From contig NC_043008.1 in the NCBI RefSeq assembly GCF_006345805.1, positions 40,424,001 to 40,488,000 on the forward strand: 64,000 nucleotides of DNA, written 5' to 3'. This DNA comes from Octopus sinensis. Its lineage: Eukaryota. This document shows, in pieces, positions 1-13,257 of this stretch. Both the position numbers and the translations under genes were made by a program. Every line of letters starts with the position of its first letter. The stretch's first letter is position 1. Below the pieces are notes generated by a model that was given only the letters and a program-made list of their open reading frames with translations, made no database searches and was not told the DNA's origin.

Positions 1-382
1 CTTGAAAGGCCATTTATTTAAAATAGCAAATATATAGGTTATAGCTGTCGTCTTCTGTCAGCAATAGATATATTTATCTCCCCATGTAGTCGAATTAATT
101 CCATATAAATCAAACAGAGGAAAGGTATGCTAAGAAATCAGGTGTTGTCTCGTTCAGTGAAATTTGATAGATAGGCAGATAGTTAGAGAGAGAGAGAAAC
201 AGATTGAGAGACAGAGACAGAGAGAGAAAGAAAGAAAGAAAAGCAGAAAGAGAGATTGAATTAATGAAAGGATGAAAGACAAAGAGAAGGAAATGTTTGA
301 GAATTGACGAGAAAGTCTGTGATTAAGCGAGAGAGAAAGAGAGTTTACATGAGATCAACCTGATCGCTGTGAGAAATATATC

Positions 383-398
383 ATTATTATTATTATTA

Positions 399-440
<42 letters not shown>

Positions 441-977
441 CATTTTTATATTATTATTGAGTGTGAGAGCAGTTCATGCCATCAAAGTGACACTGGGGTA
501 AAATATACGAAGCCCAATATACCCATCATGACTACCCATCTGATAAGGGTACACCAGGCACATGCATCACAACCATATGTGCGCGACATGGTGATCTCAT
601 ATCAAGATAAACAGCACATGACCTTGCAGGTGGGGCCCAGTTAGAATTTTCTTCTGATTGAGTAGCCCATCCCGCTCAAACGGTCCCTGAATAAGGGTTG
701 TTTAAGGATGTTGAAAGAACCACCCATGTTTCCACAGGTGAATTATTCAGACCGCAAAGAATCCCTCTCAACACATGATGCTCCCCCACTACTTCTGCTC
801 ATGATCAGAGATGCACATATCATCAGCCACTAAGGGACATGCTCAACAGGTTAAAGTCAAACAACTGACAAGCAAATCTGTGGTATTGAGCAGAATATTT
901 GCTGTAGCCCATCTTTTATACCAAGACAAAACAATGTATGTTTCCAGAGGTGAATTATTCAAACCCCAAAGAATACC
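383..977 (-). mobile_element. Interspersed retroposon-like repeat with (TAA)n tail
   Basis: GC-richer non-coding block ending on the minus strand in (AAT)n at 383-460; internal ~40-bp direct repeat ATGTTTCCA.AGGTGAATTATTCA.ACC.CAAAGAAT near 746 and 938. Family assignment is from my recollection of octopus repeats only. Confidence 0.5.
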
Positions 978-1067
<90 letters not shown>

Positions 1068-1370
1068 TGTTGTTTTTGTTATATGAAACCTCACAACTTA
1101 TTTTGCTGTGTATCATGGAAAGCGTCAGATGTTAGCAGCCAGCATACTAAGGTGACACTTGTTTATTGGTCATGCTTCAAGAACCCTGTAAAGAGTTCTT
1201 GCAGCTCCAAGCAATGCTAATTTTTGTAGGCTTTCTACCTTCACACTTGCACCAATATTTTTTTCAGATATGTTGGTAGTTGTGCGCTGATACTTCCAAG
1301 TGCGCCATTTACAATTGGCATCACGTCTACTCTCCTCATTGACCACAACCTTCCAATTTCTCAATTCAAA
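978..1370 (-). mobile_element. R4/Dong-type (REL endonuclease) LINE 3' fragment with (TAA)n tail
   Basis: C-terminal ...IGASVKVESLQKLALLGAARTLYRVLEA* matches the R4/Dong end motif LQK.ALLGTARILR; followed by a short UTR and an (AAT)n tract. Confidence 0.75.
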
Positions 1371-1479
1371 TCGTCATAATGTTTAAAGATTACGTGTAGC
1401 GATAATGCCATTGTTATTATCATCATCATCATCATCATCATCATTACTATTTTTATCACTATTAAGGCGGCAAGTTTTC

Positions 1480-1640
1480 ACAATCGCTAGCATGCCGGGC
1501 ATACTGCTTAGTGGCATTTCCTCCGACTTTACATTCTGAGTTTAAATTCCTCAGAGAACGACTTTGCCTTTCATCTTATCAATTTGATAAAATACGCAAT
1601 CATTTGACCATTGCTTTCGGTGTAATCGTCTTAACCCCTA
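1480..1640 (+). mobile_element. Decayed copy of the GGCGGCGAGCTGGCAGAA SINE family
   Basis: GCTAGCATGCCGGGC..TGCTTAGTGGCATTTC..TTCTGAGTTTAAATTCC..GACTTTGCCTTTCATC aligns to 49460-49560. Confidence 0.7.
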
Positions 1641-1679
1641 CTCTAAACCTTCCGGTTTTGTACCTTAATAGTAATAACC

Positions 1680-1985
1680 CTTCTTCTTCTTCTTCTTCCT
1701 CTTCGTCTTCTTTTTCACCTTCTTGTTCTTCGCCTCCTTGTTGTTCTTGTTCTTGTTCTTGTTCTTCTTCGTCTTCTTGTTGTTGTTGTTGTTGTTCTTC
1801 TTCTTCTTCTTCTTCTTCTTCTTCTTCTCCTCCTTCTACTTCGTCTTCTTCTTGTTCTTCCTCTTCCACTTCTCCTTCTACTTCGTCTTCTTCTTGTTTT
1901 TCTTTTTCTTCTTTTTCGTCTTCTTCTTGTTCTTCTTCTACTTCTTCACTCTCTTCTACGTCTCCTTCTTGCCCTTCTTCTTTGT
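1680..1985. repeat. Compound (CTT)/(GTT)/(CTTCGT) microsatellite
   Basis: Directly visible. Confidence 0.95.
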
Positions 1986-4900
1986 TTTTTTTTTTGCTGT
2001 TGCATCACGATTACTGCAACCCCGGCAACAACAACTCATGTTCCTGCATCTACGCCTACAACAGATCCTAGATCCTGATATGTTAATGCACTTCCTATTT
2101 AATTAAGAGAAATAATAGTCAGTATAAAGGCATTAGAGAAAAATGGCGTTCCTTTTATACATAGGGTTTAACTCTAGTGTTACCATTAAGCAAACGATAA
2201 ACAAAGAACACAAAAGTAAAATATACCGGAATTACCTGTTCCTTTTGATATTCCATTAGGTAAAACATCTACCTAAACTTGAGCGATTGCACGCTTTCAC
2301 CTGGATTGACGTCTTCATGTATTTATTTAGAATATTGTATAGTATTTAAGATGAGAGACTACTGCATGTCAAAATAACTTCGTGAATGGTGTATTGCATT
2401 CATACTCAGCTGCGTTGAAATTTATCTGTGTATAATCGATAAATCTGTTGATAAACAGCCGAGTAAATAACTTGGGTTATCGTGATCAGATGTATCGATT
2501 AATGGTTAATGGATCGTGTTGATTTATAAATCACTATAATAGGAATTTACGAAACCACGAGAAAAGTTGCTAAGTAGCGTTGTTGAGAGCCAATGCAAAA
2601 GCTCATCATTTCGAATGAGATGCTGATTCTTATAAGAACAAATCGATCCACCATAAGATGCCTACTTAGAGATAAATGGATTCAGGTGTAAATTACTTTG
2701 CTGTAGGAACGTTGAAGTAAGAATATCAACAAAGGAAATGCCAAACCTCAGTTTATAGAAAGATAAATTATCAATACATTTAAAAACAGTCCTTAAAATA
2801 TAGCGTGCAATTCAATAGCTTGTAGCATTATAGCCGCTGTTTAAAGCCTTGCCCAGCTCAAAAGATAGGTAAGCATATTACTAATATAATTGAGTGAACA
2901 TTCAATGGGAACATTTTGCATAAATTGAGCAATCACAAATAAAAAGTAAGCATTCTCATCAAATACTTGTGTATATAACAGCGAAATAAAACAACATGCC
3001 TAAACAATGTGTATTTCTTAATATTCAAGTCTATATGTGAATCACCATCACAAGTTTTATATCGTGAAGATACATTGAACACATCCTGCTACGTGAGGGA
3101 TTTTAAACGTGCCTTAAGATAATTTCAAATTCTTATTTACGATTTATTGTTATAGATTGTTATAAAATTTTATAACAGTTTTAATGATAATTCTTCCCTA
3201 AAATATATGTATATTTAAGACGGTTTACGCGGTGCACTGCGGTACACTACCTAATATATATATATAGCCAAGAATTGAAGTAAGTGCGACTTCAGGTCAC
3301 CATCATTCAAGTTTCACAATTCAAAGAATTCTGCAAACATCGAAATAGATGGTAATCTGATGGTGCAAGGTCACGGGTATATGGTAGATGTTACATCCCT
3401 TCACAACTAAGCTCCAATAATTTTTCACGAGTTAGCAAAGACGTGTGTGTTCTAGCGTTGTCGCGGTGGAACATAATTCCTTTACGATTTTCCAAATCTG
3501 GTCATTTTTCTTTGATTGTTTCCCCTAGTTTCATTAGTTGTTGAAAATGAACGTCTGAATTTATCGTTTCGTTCGTTGGAAGCTGTCAAAATACACAACA
3601 CCTTGTCTAATACGATGCCATTTTTGATGCAATTCAACTTTCGATGTGGTTTGTGGTGGTCCATTACACTTGGACCATGATTGTTTTCGATTGTTGTTAT
3701 TGTAGACAATGCCTTTTTCATTACCAGTGATGATTCATTGAATTTGAGGCTCATATCGCAAATATTGATTCGTTGTGTTCACTGAATCTCTTTTAATTTA
3801 TGTGGAACACAAATATCTAGCTTCTTAACGAGTCCCAGATATTTTAAGTGATTTTCAATTGCTGTGTGTGATACATTTAACCTCTCTGCAACCTCTCGCA
3901 ATTTATATGACAATCAGATTCAATTATAGCTTTGGTTCGGTCATCATCAATTTCAGTAGGTCATCTTTGCGTGAGAAATCTCCAGAACTGACTTTTTCAG
4001 AACAACTATTTCTGACATTTGCGTTCTGTTTGTGAACCTTAGCAGCTTTCTTGCCTTTACAGAAAAAAAAAAAAAAAACATATAGCGAACACTTTGGTTT
4101 TTGCACTCTACGTTAAAATTGACACTGAACTAATAGCTCTAAACAAAATTTCGCGAAATTTGCTTCTAAAGTAAGCTAAATGTAAAGACTATCAAATGTC
4201 AAAAGTAAAAAAACATATATAGCATTGACAAATGTCTTTCGAATACGATCGCAGCTCTATTTGCGAAAATCGAAATTACTTTCTTGCTAACCAAATGTGT
4301 GTGTGTGTGTGGGTGTGTGTGTGTAAGCATAGCTATATGGAATATATCACTGGTGCCTTACTTTATGGATATACGTACGGTGTGTTTAATTGTTTGGTTA
4401 TGAATGTCGTAATGCCCAAGTGAACGATGGTTTAAAAGAAAAAAAAAGACACCCATGTCATTCTGTTTGAGTCTGCCATTCAATTACATGACTGGTGTAT
4501 CTTGAAGTTCTTTTGTTCAAACTATTGGCGTCACTTTCCGTCAATGCACGCACAAATTCGTTCCTAAAGCACGTGTTGTTCAAATGAGTGAGTTGCAATC
4601 ACTGATATAGATACAGCTATATATATCCGTTTTGCAGTCATTGTATTATAAGCAATGTAAGATTCACACAGCATGAAATAAACTGAATGGAGTATTCATA
4701 GTTAGGTACAAGTACAATTCGACACCATCAATCAAGTTTGTATGGAATTTAATGCACCGTAGTTTAAATAATACCACAATTAAATCAGTACATTGCTGCG
4801 AATAAGTAACAATTTTACTTGAAGAGTCAGACGATACAATCTATATTCAACAGTTTTGTTAAACGTACTGAATGGCTCAATGAACGCACACAATATGAAG

Positions 4901-6381
4901 GAGGAATCATTCAACCTTATTCTATAAACAAAGCACTTAAAACTGGAGAACTTCAAAATTATTGCTACTCTGAGCAGAGGATAAATCCAACCGGACTTAT
5001 ACGGATCTTCTTCCAAAACACCACTTTTCCTATCTTGTCGTCATCCTTGATAACACATTATATTACTACAATAAATTACACAAAACTCTATATGAAATAC
5101 ACGTCCATGACCTTCTGCAGTTCACATTAATACCAAAGAACTCTTTCTAAAATCACATACACGATCAATACATGATTATCTGCAAGACATAAATAGGCGC
5201 ACATACAAGAATATGAATACTAAAATAAAAATGAAATTTACTTCATTTGGAAGACTGCATTAACTAACACCTTTTATGCATTATTTTTTCGGAAAGATAA
5301 CGTTCACATTCATCTAAAAAAAAGCTGCAGTTTCAAAGTTCTTATTATCATTCATCGTTACACATAATTTAGCTTATAGGTATAGAGAAGTGAAAGTCTG
5401 AAAATCCCAACAACTTCACATCTAATCTCGCAACTTCAAACTGTATTTTATAATTCATATTTCAGACGCCTTAATGGTTATATACGTGGTATATAACATG
5501 AAAAAGAAAATGAATATAAGACACTAGCCAAATGGCAGAAGATTGCCAAGGATAGAAACATCACTGTTTTTTCTTGTGCTATATATTTATGAAACTGATT
5601 TGGAACCCGTGTTTTGGGGTATATATAATCTGAATAAAACAATCTTATGAAATATTCAGGTAAAAATATTTTTTTGACAGTAATTTGAAAACTGCAAATA
5701 TTAAATAATCTAACAATGTGCTCTTTAAACAAAGGGTACGCTTGTGGTGTAATAAAATGCAAAGAAATGTACATAAAAAACCTTTATGTATGTATGTATG
5801 TCGTTATGTATGTATGCGTGTCTGTGTATGTATATGTATGTTTCTCTATAAAAGTATTACAAATATGTGTATATATGTATACGTATGATATGTATAATAT
5901 GTCTATATGCATATATACATATGTTTATATCTACATAGATAAATGCACTCACGCATGTGCTAAATATTTGGTGATGAGTTAAACATTATTGCACGCATTG
6001 TTTAAGTCTTGGGCTTGTATTATATATTTAACAGTCTCATCATTTTCCCGTAACACGGTGATTTGAACTATATAGCTTAGTGCAACAGACGAACATTGAA
6101 CCTATTAGCTCACTGATATTTCATACTGATTGCATCTATTCTACTGAGATAAGTAGCTTCGCCTATACGGGCAATATTTCATACGTATGATTAAATATAT
6201 ATATATATACATTCTGTGAAATATCATATGAATACAAATATTTAATGCACGATATATTCATATATGGATTGTGGATAATATGCTGCAAACATTGATTATA
6301 CACGTAATTACACGCAGCCATTCCTACCTATGCACATATACATATAAATGCTGAAATTATTACCTATAAACACATGCGCAC

Positions 6382-6419
<38 letters not shown>

Positions 6420-7799
6420 GCTTGAATGTATGCATGTATGCAAGTATGTATATATGTGTGTGTGTATGTATACATACATACAGACACATATGTATATGTA
6501 TATGCACATATCTATATATAAATGTGCGTGTGCATGTATGTGTCTGTATGTATGTACATGTATATATAAATAGATATGTGTGTGCGTGTGAGAGTGCGTA
6601 TGTGTGTGTATGTGTGTACATATACAAATTTCCATCTGCTAAGAGTAAATATTCTCGTGGCCATTTTGATTACTAGAATAGTGAAATCAGGCGACATCGC
6701 TTCTTGAAATGAGACCTATATAAAACCTTTATTACGCCATCAGAAATTTACTAATTATAATTCGTTTATAGCATGCTTGAATTCATTTAAGTATATATCG
6801 GAAATGACTATGTTTAATAAGCGTATGCTATCAAATTTTGGCTTTACACGACTTAGCGGTGCCTTTTACTTATAATTTCAATCGGAAATTATTCAAGTTG
6901 AAATCAAGATTAATTCACGATAGTAAAGGGAAGCAAAAGTTGATCGATAACAATATTTTAAGGAACTGAAAGTTTACATCTTATGCAATGGGATGTAAAT
7001 GTGATGAAATGATGTTCATTCGCACACGTTTTATCAACACCAGCCAATGAAAAAGGTACCATCTGTCCATGCAATACTGTCGGTTTTTAGATAGTGCATA
7101 ATAGTCCATGCTAGAATAATTCGAAATTTTGGTTTTATACAGAGGAAAATGATAACGAAACTCATAAAATTTGCACTTCAGCTCTTGCCCTGCATTGTAC
7201 AATTCATCCTCAACATTGTGATGCATTTTTACAGCTATATGGCTTCCTATATGCATTGAGTAATTTAGTTGCGAAACTTTCGCTGATTGGACTATTGTAC
7301 TTATCGATTTTTCTACACTATTGATTTATCACAATTATTGTTCTTATATTTTGTGTTTATATAACACTTGTTCTATATTTTAGACTGTATTACTTCTAAT
7401 TTTCTAGCTGCGATATGGGAATTCAGAAACTTCTAATGGCAAATGTTTCTGCTTCTATCGCAAACCTATGTAATTATATCCGCCGCCTCTTTATAAATCT
7501 TTATAAATCTACATTTATTAGTACCAAGACATATATCTTTGCAGGTTTTCCACGTAGAAAGGAAACATAGGGTACCTCATTTGTTTCTGAAATAACAAAC
7601 ACTACATCGAGGTCACGAGTCAAAACGTACGAGATGCATTCCAGAGGTATTGAGATTTGTTTTAGGTGAGGCAGTTATAAATTTCCATATCATTGTAATT
7701 GCAGTATATCATTAGTATACATTTGGTAAGCTCACCTGCCAACGCTTATTATTCCAGCATAAAGGAGACGGTTGTATCTACACTTTGAATACATCCTAC

Positions 7800-8190
7800 G
7801 AAACTGCTTGTTATAAGCTGATAAGATTGCAGAATGCAGCCTGGACGTTTGCAAACTCTCTATGCAATGAATATTGGTGATAATCTGGGCAGAAACACTA
7901 GAGAAACGTATGAAATGATCCAGGTTCATTATGGATTAACTTGTATGAAACGAACATGTCTTACACTGGCACTAGACGGCCAATGATAGCGGATAGGAAT
8001 TCAGAGATGATGAGATGTATGGAAGGGAGCGGGGCGTCAAAAGACAAACAGCAAATGAGACACGTTGGTGATGGCAGGGAGATAGTTACACTCCTTACCT
8101 CTAATTCCAGAATACTTGAATATCTGGTGATCTATGACGATAACTAGGTCAACCGATATGATTTGGCATCAAAGAGACAGAGAGAGGTGA
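7800..8190 (+). mobile_element. Possible highly decayed RTE-like LINE 3' relic
   Basis: MEGSGASKDKQQMRHVGD loosely resembles EGKR.RGRQR.RY.D; weak similarity only. Confidence 0.3.
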
Positions 8191-8289
8191 GTGGAAGCAT
8201 CCTTGTTCCTCACACCCAACAAGGCCAAGCAATGCAAATCTGCTCATAATGATCTCCACTGTCGACTCCGACGTGCATTATCTAGAACG

Positions 8290-8640
8290 ACTATATCTGA
8301 TCTTGTGGCGAGACGGTCAATAAAAAGTATTTTGTGAAAATTTAGAGGGTGTTTGGGAGTCGATTTCTTTGCGAAAGACCAGAGCTCTTCAATTGGCGTC
8401 GGTACAACCTTCACCAGTCCATGATTTCTTCCTGTCAACCACCAACTTGACAGACATGGGTTACAAAACTGTTCCTCACCTTCTATACAATAGAAACCTT
8501 GCTCCCTGTGACATTAAAATAGACCTCAGAGACATGCGTTTTAAAGACATTGACAAGAAAAAGGCGGACGAGGAAAGGTTATAGTGGCGGTCATCTTCAC
8601 TCGATTTGCAATCACCTGTAACAACCTAACCGGGAAATTT
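8290..8640 (+). mobile_element. mariner transposase C-terminal relic
   Basis: LTDMGYKTVPHLLYNRNLAPCD..LRDMRFKDI resembles MGIKTVPHPPYSPDLAPCD..LRG.RF.DI. Confidence 0.75.
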
Positions 8641-10172
8641 TCAACACGACAGTTCTTGCCACCTCCGTCCTTAATTTCTATATAAAGTCTATCCATATGC
8701 TTAGTTGTGAAGTGTTTCCACATTCCCTTGATATACACACTTTAGATTATCAAATTTTCCGGTCACTCCCAACCAATTTATTATAGATTTCGTTCAACAA
8801 CGATATGGAGCCATATGGATGGCTCAGATTACTTTTCGAGTCAAGATCCGGTTATTCCTACCGTCAAAACATTGGCAAACCAGTGGAATGTTGACAAGAA
8901 AGTTGTGTGTAATAGAGTGAAATATATTAATTGATATAATAACATTATTGGTATCGAAAATATTAATTGATTTATTAAAATTATTAGGTATCCTAAATAA
9001 AGAAAACGAACGAATTTATCTAACAAATCATTATATTGAATTCGAACAATTTGTTATAAGTATCTTTGGACCGAGGACTACCATACTATTCATCCTTTCA
9101 GAGTCAATTTAAATAAGTACCATTTGAATACTGGAGTTGCTGTAATTGATTCACTCCTCACACCCGCGAAACTGCCAAAATTTCCAACCATTAGTTTTTC
9201 AGCTAAAATTTTCTACATTTTACAACATTTACAGTTGCAAATAATAATTACTAAAATAATTTATCGTAAAATTTAGGCTAATCTAGTAATCTTGTTGCCA
9301 GCAATCTTTGATGATTTCACATATAGCAATTGTATTGTGCAGAGGCAAACAACTACAGTGAAATATGTAATTATTAAAACAGTAACAATATCATACGGAA
9401 AATGGTGAGCAGAAACAACATTAATTAAGATTTTCAATGATTTCTGTACAAATTACATCAATGGATCAAGATTTGAAGAAACAACAGGTTTAAATATGAA
9501 CAAATCGAAATGGATCAAAAGCAACGGGATATCTGATTGATCTGTATCTCGATAAGCAAGGGAGAAGGAAAATACCTGTAGGATTTCGAGGCACAATCAC
9601 AGTTATTCACATAATTCAGTCTCATAAAAAAATATTCAATGAAAATAATGCCCAATGATGCAAGCTATGCATTTGTGACAGCAAAAGATAAGCATTTGAT
9701 TGTTTGATAACACAACATGAGCAAATTTATATGGTGTATATTTCATGATCTTTTTTCCATATTAGAGTTTAGATAAGGCATTTTCTTCTTTAGTGGATTG
9801 TACACATTGAATTCCGAAGATATCACATTTGATATATTTTCAAAGGACATAATAAAATGTAGTGTATGATAAACATCAACGTTCTGTAGAATGCGATACC
9901 TTTTTAAATGCATTATCCAACAAACTATTGCAGCATAACAAATAAGTACAGTATTAGTCACAAATTATTCACTCTTCCTGGAAATGAGAATATTTACACC
10001 GAAATACGTTTACATATTTTTCTACAGTACAAAAATACATTTGAAATTTTTTCTACAGCATAAAAACACTAAGGCAATATATAAACGAATCGAAGGTGTA
10101 CACTTATTAAATATCGATGTATTAAAATTCAATTATAGTTATATACACGTGGAGGTTTCAGGCAATACTTTC

Positions 10173-10173
10173 C

Positions 10174-10231
<58 letters not shown>

Positions 10232-10260
10232 ATCTATCTATCTGTCTATCTGTCTATCTG

Positions 10261-10303
<43 letters not shown>

Positions 10304-10395
10304 GTCTATTTATCAATCTTTCTATTTATTCATCTATCTATCTATCAATCTATATATCTATCTATATATATATATATACCTACCTACCTACCTAC

Positions 10396-10445
<50 letters not shown>

Positions 10446-10464
10446 GCCTATCTATCTATCTTTC

Positions 10465-10506
<42 letters not shown>

Positions 10507-10531
10507 CCTACCTACCTACCTACCTACCTAC

Positions 10532-10607
<76 letters not shown>

Positions 10608-10630
10608 TTGATTGTCTGTTTATCTATTTG
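10173..10630. repeat. (TATC)n/(TACC)n/(TA)n compound microsatellite
   Basis: Directly visible. Confidence 0.95.
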
Positions 10631-11307
10631 ATTGTCTGTTTATCTATTTCTCTATATATATTTCCGTCTATCTGTCAGTCGAAATGTATTGATTTATGTC
10701 TGTTTGTCTGTCTCTCTATATATCTATTCAACTATATTTCGCTTACGCCCTCTCTACCACCGTTTTTCTTTCTGTCTATCAACTTGTCAGTCCTTCTCCT
10801 ACGCTATAAGGTACATATATATATGTACATGAATTTTGGTATATGTATTTTTGTATCTATACATATTATTACAAGCATAGTTACGTGAACACACACACAC
10901 ACACACACACACATACTGACAGAAAGACAGAGACACGTAAAGTAGACCCCCACATATATAGACATAAGCACATGCGCTCACATCAAGATTGCAGACTAAT
11001 ACACGGTGTTTTTCTAGTTATTCCGGCAGCAGTTAGATACATTTTAATGGCAGCTTCCAGCAGGTTTGAATTGCGGCTGTCATTCAATGTTCTAATATTT
11101 CACATTAAAATATTGAATATTTTGGCAATCATAAAATAATTTCTTTTCATATGTCATTTATATTTTTCTAAGATAATGTTTCTCTTTCAATATCTGAAGG
11201 ACTCCGGGTAAAATAGAATTTTTCGGGAAATCTCTTACTCAACGGATTAAGAAAATTGTATAAATATGGAAAAGTTATATTTATAAATACATATAAATGC
11301 ATATGTA

Positions 11308-11371
<64 letters not shown>

Positions 11372-11504
11372 ATATATATAATGTTATATGATTATTATAT
11401 TACGTGTGCGTGCCATCGTATGTATCTGTGTTATTGGCAGGAGGGTAAGGATTCTGGGAAACATGAATGTGTGCATCTCTACTCATCACATTCTTCCACT
11501 TCTT

Positions 11505-11564
11505 CTCCTTCTTCTTCTTCTTCTTCTTCTTCTTCTTCTTCTCTTCTTCTTCTTCTTCTTCTTC

Positions 11565-11636
<72 letters not shown>

Positions 11637-11640
11637 TTTT
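11505..11640. repeat. (CTT)n(ATT)n microsatellite
   Basis: Directly visible. Confidence 0.95.
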
Positions 11641-12302
11641 TATTATTATTTCTATTATTGAAATTGTTTTTGGCTCTTTTTTGATAATTTAGAATGTGGA
11701 AATTAATCGCCACGAGTGCGCTGTGTGTACACATATTTATATACACTTTCACGCTTGCCTACGCATTTATATTCTTAGAAATATACCTACAAATACGTCA
11801 AATTTATATGGGATTCGACTTAATAACGCTGTTTCTATTCTCTCCCACGTACACCAAGAATTAGCTCACATATTGCTTGAAATGATATTTTAATGGGAAC
11901 AATGGTTTCTGCCGTATATATACGAAAAGATGAGATGTTCATATTTAACATTAGCTATCGTTTTAGTAGTATTGACGACTAGGTTTGAAAATTTCTCCAT
12001 TTCATGACATGTGTGAAAATGAACATCAGTGAGAGAGAGGGAGAAAGAACGAAGCGAAAGAAAGAATGAAAGAATGAATGAATGAATGAAAGAAAGAAAG
12101 AAAGGAGAAAGTAAGAATAGCAAATTATGTGAAATGCTCCTGATATTATGTAGTGGAAACAATATATGAAACTGAAAGCCTTCGATATTACCTTCCGGAG
12201 GTTCATAATTTAAGTACCATTGTAACAACGGGATGCACGTGATCGACTAGTCCTGTCGTTTTCAAGATTTCGTTTTTTACCTTCAGTAGAAGGGATTATT
12301 TA

Positions 12303-12481
12303 AGGCGGCGAGCTGGCAGAATCTTTATCAGGCCGGGGAAAATACTTATTACTAGTATTTTGTCGGTTATAACGATCTGATTTGAAATCCCACCGACGTC
12401 CTTTCATCTTTTGGGGTTCGATAAATTATGCACCAGTGAAACTATGGGATCGATGTAATCGACTACTCCTACCACCCCCAA
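12303..12481 (+). mobile_element. Decayed copy of the GGCGGCGAGCTGGCAGAA SINE family
   Basis: Aligns by eye to 49446-49620. Confidence 0.8.
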
Positions 12482-12584
12482 ATTTTCAGTTGCTCATATC
12501 ATTTCTCACTTCTGCTCATATAGTACGTATGAAAGACCTGCCAGTAAATTAGTCTGGCAATGTTGCCGTACCTTCCTCCTTAAC

Positions 12585-12810
12585 TCATTGTGCGAACATC
12601 TTATATTCACTAATTATGTGGTTTATTATTTCACCTTCCTCACCACACAACCTACTAAGCGGGGAAGTCCTAAATTTTTCGACATTGAATTTGATATAGT
12701 CCGTTCTCAGTCTCTGTTCTTTGGCTGCGAAGATAAGAGCCTCTCTTTCAACTTTCAAGTCTCTTTTTCTACCCGATTCTTTGTCAACTGTTTCAGGCAT
12801 TTCCCGCAAG
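12585..12810 (-). mobile_element. R4/Dong-type LINE fragment (pre-knuckle and CCHC knuckle region, decayed)
   Basis: [44 protein letters not shown] resembles DLK.ETE.LI.AAQEQ.LRTNY..CRLC..ET..HI.SGC. Confidence 0.75.
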
Positions 12811-12956
12811 AATTCACACCATACATTTTATTTTCTTGCTATCTATCTATTCAAGGTGTCATTTTGTTTCTCTTGTTTATATTCTCAATGTTCCTTTGCT
12901 TCATCACTGCTTAGGAATTTTATCATTCTTTATATATATATATATATACACACACA

Positions 12957-13019
<63 letters not shown>

Positions 13020-13226
13020 ATGTACGTATATATGACTATATGTATATATATATATATATGTACGTATATATGAGTATATGTATATATGTGTGTGTGTGTC
13101 TATATATAAATATATAGAGAGAGGGAGAGAAATATAATGAGAGAGATGAGATAAATAGGTATATAAAGCTACATAGTCGAGTGGCTAGATTGATAGTTAG
13201 CTAGATAGAAGGACAGACAAATGGGG

Positions 13227-13257
<31 letters not shown>

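Noticed and set aside
1511-2106. Ser-, Glu- and Phe-rich ORFs
   Set aside because: Products of a CTT/GTT microsatellite plus a SINE relic.
4819-5130. 103-aa non-repetitive ORF
   Set aside because: TTG start, no recognisable motif, no convincing splice support.
7737-7885. Possible minus-strand exon (good acceptor and GTGAGC donor; SAYNKQFRRMYSK looks GPCR helix-8-like)
   Set aside because: No NPxxY motif or partner exons; overlaps a possible RTE relic on the other strand.
9984-10888. 215-aa YLSI-repeat ORF and neighbours
   Set aside because: (TATC)n translation; the same applies to all YI/VC/HT-repeat ORFs in the track.
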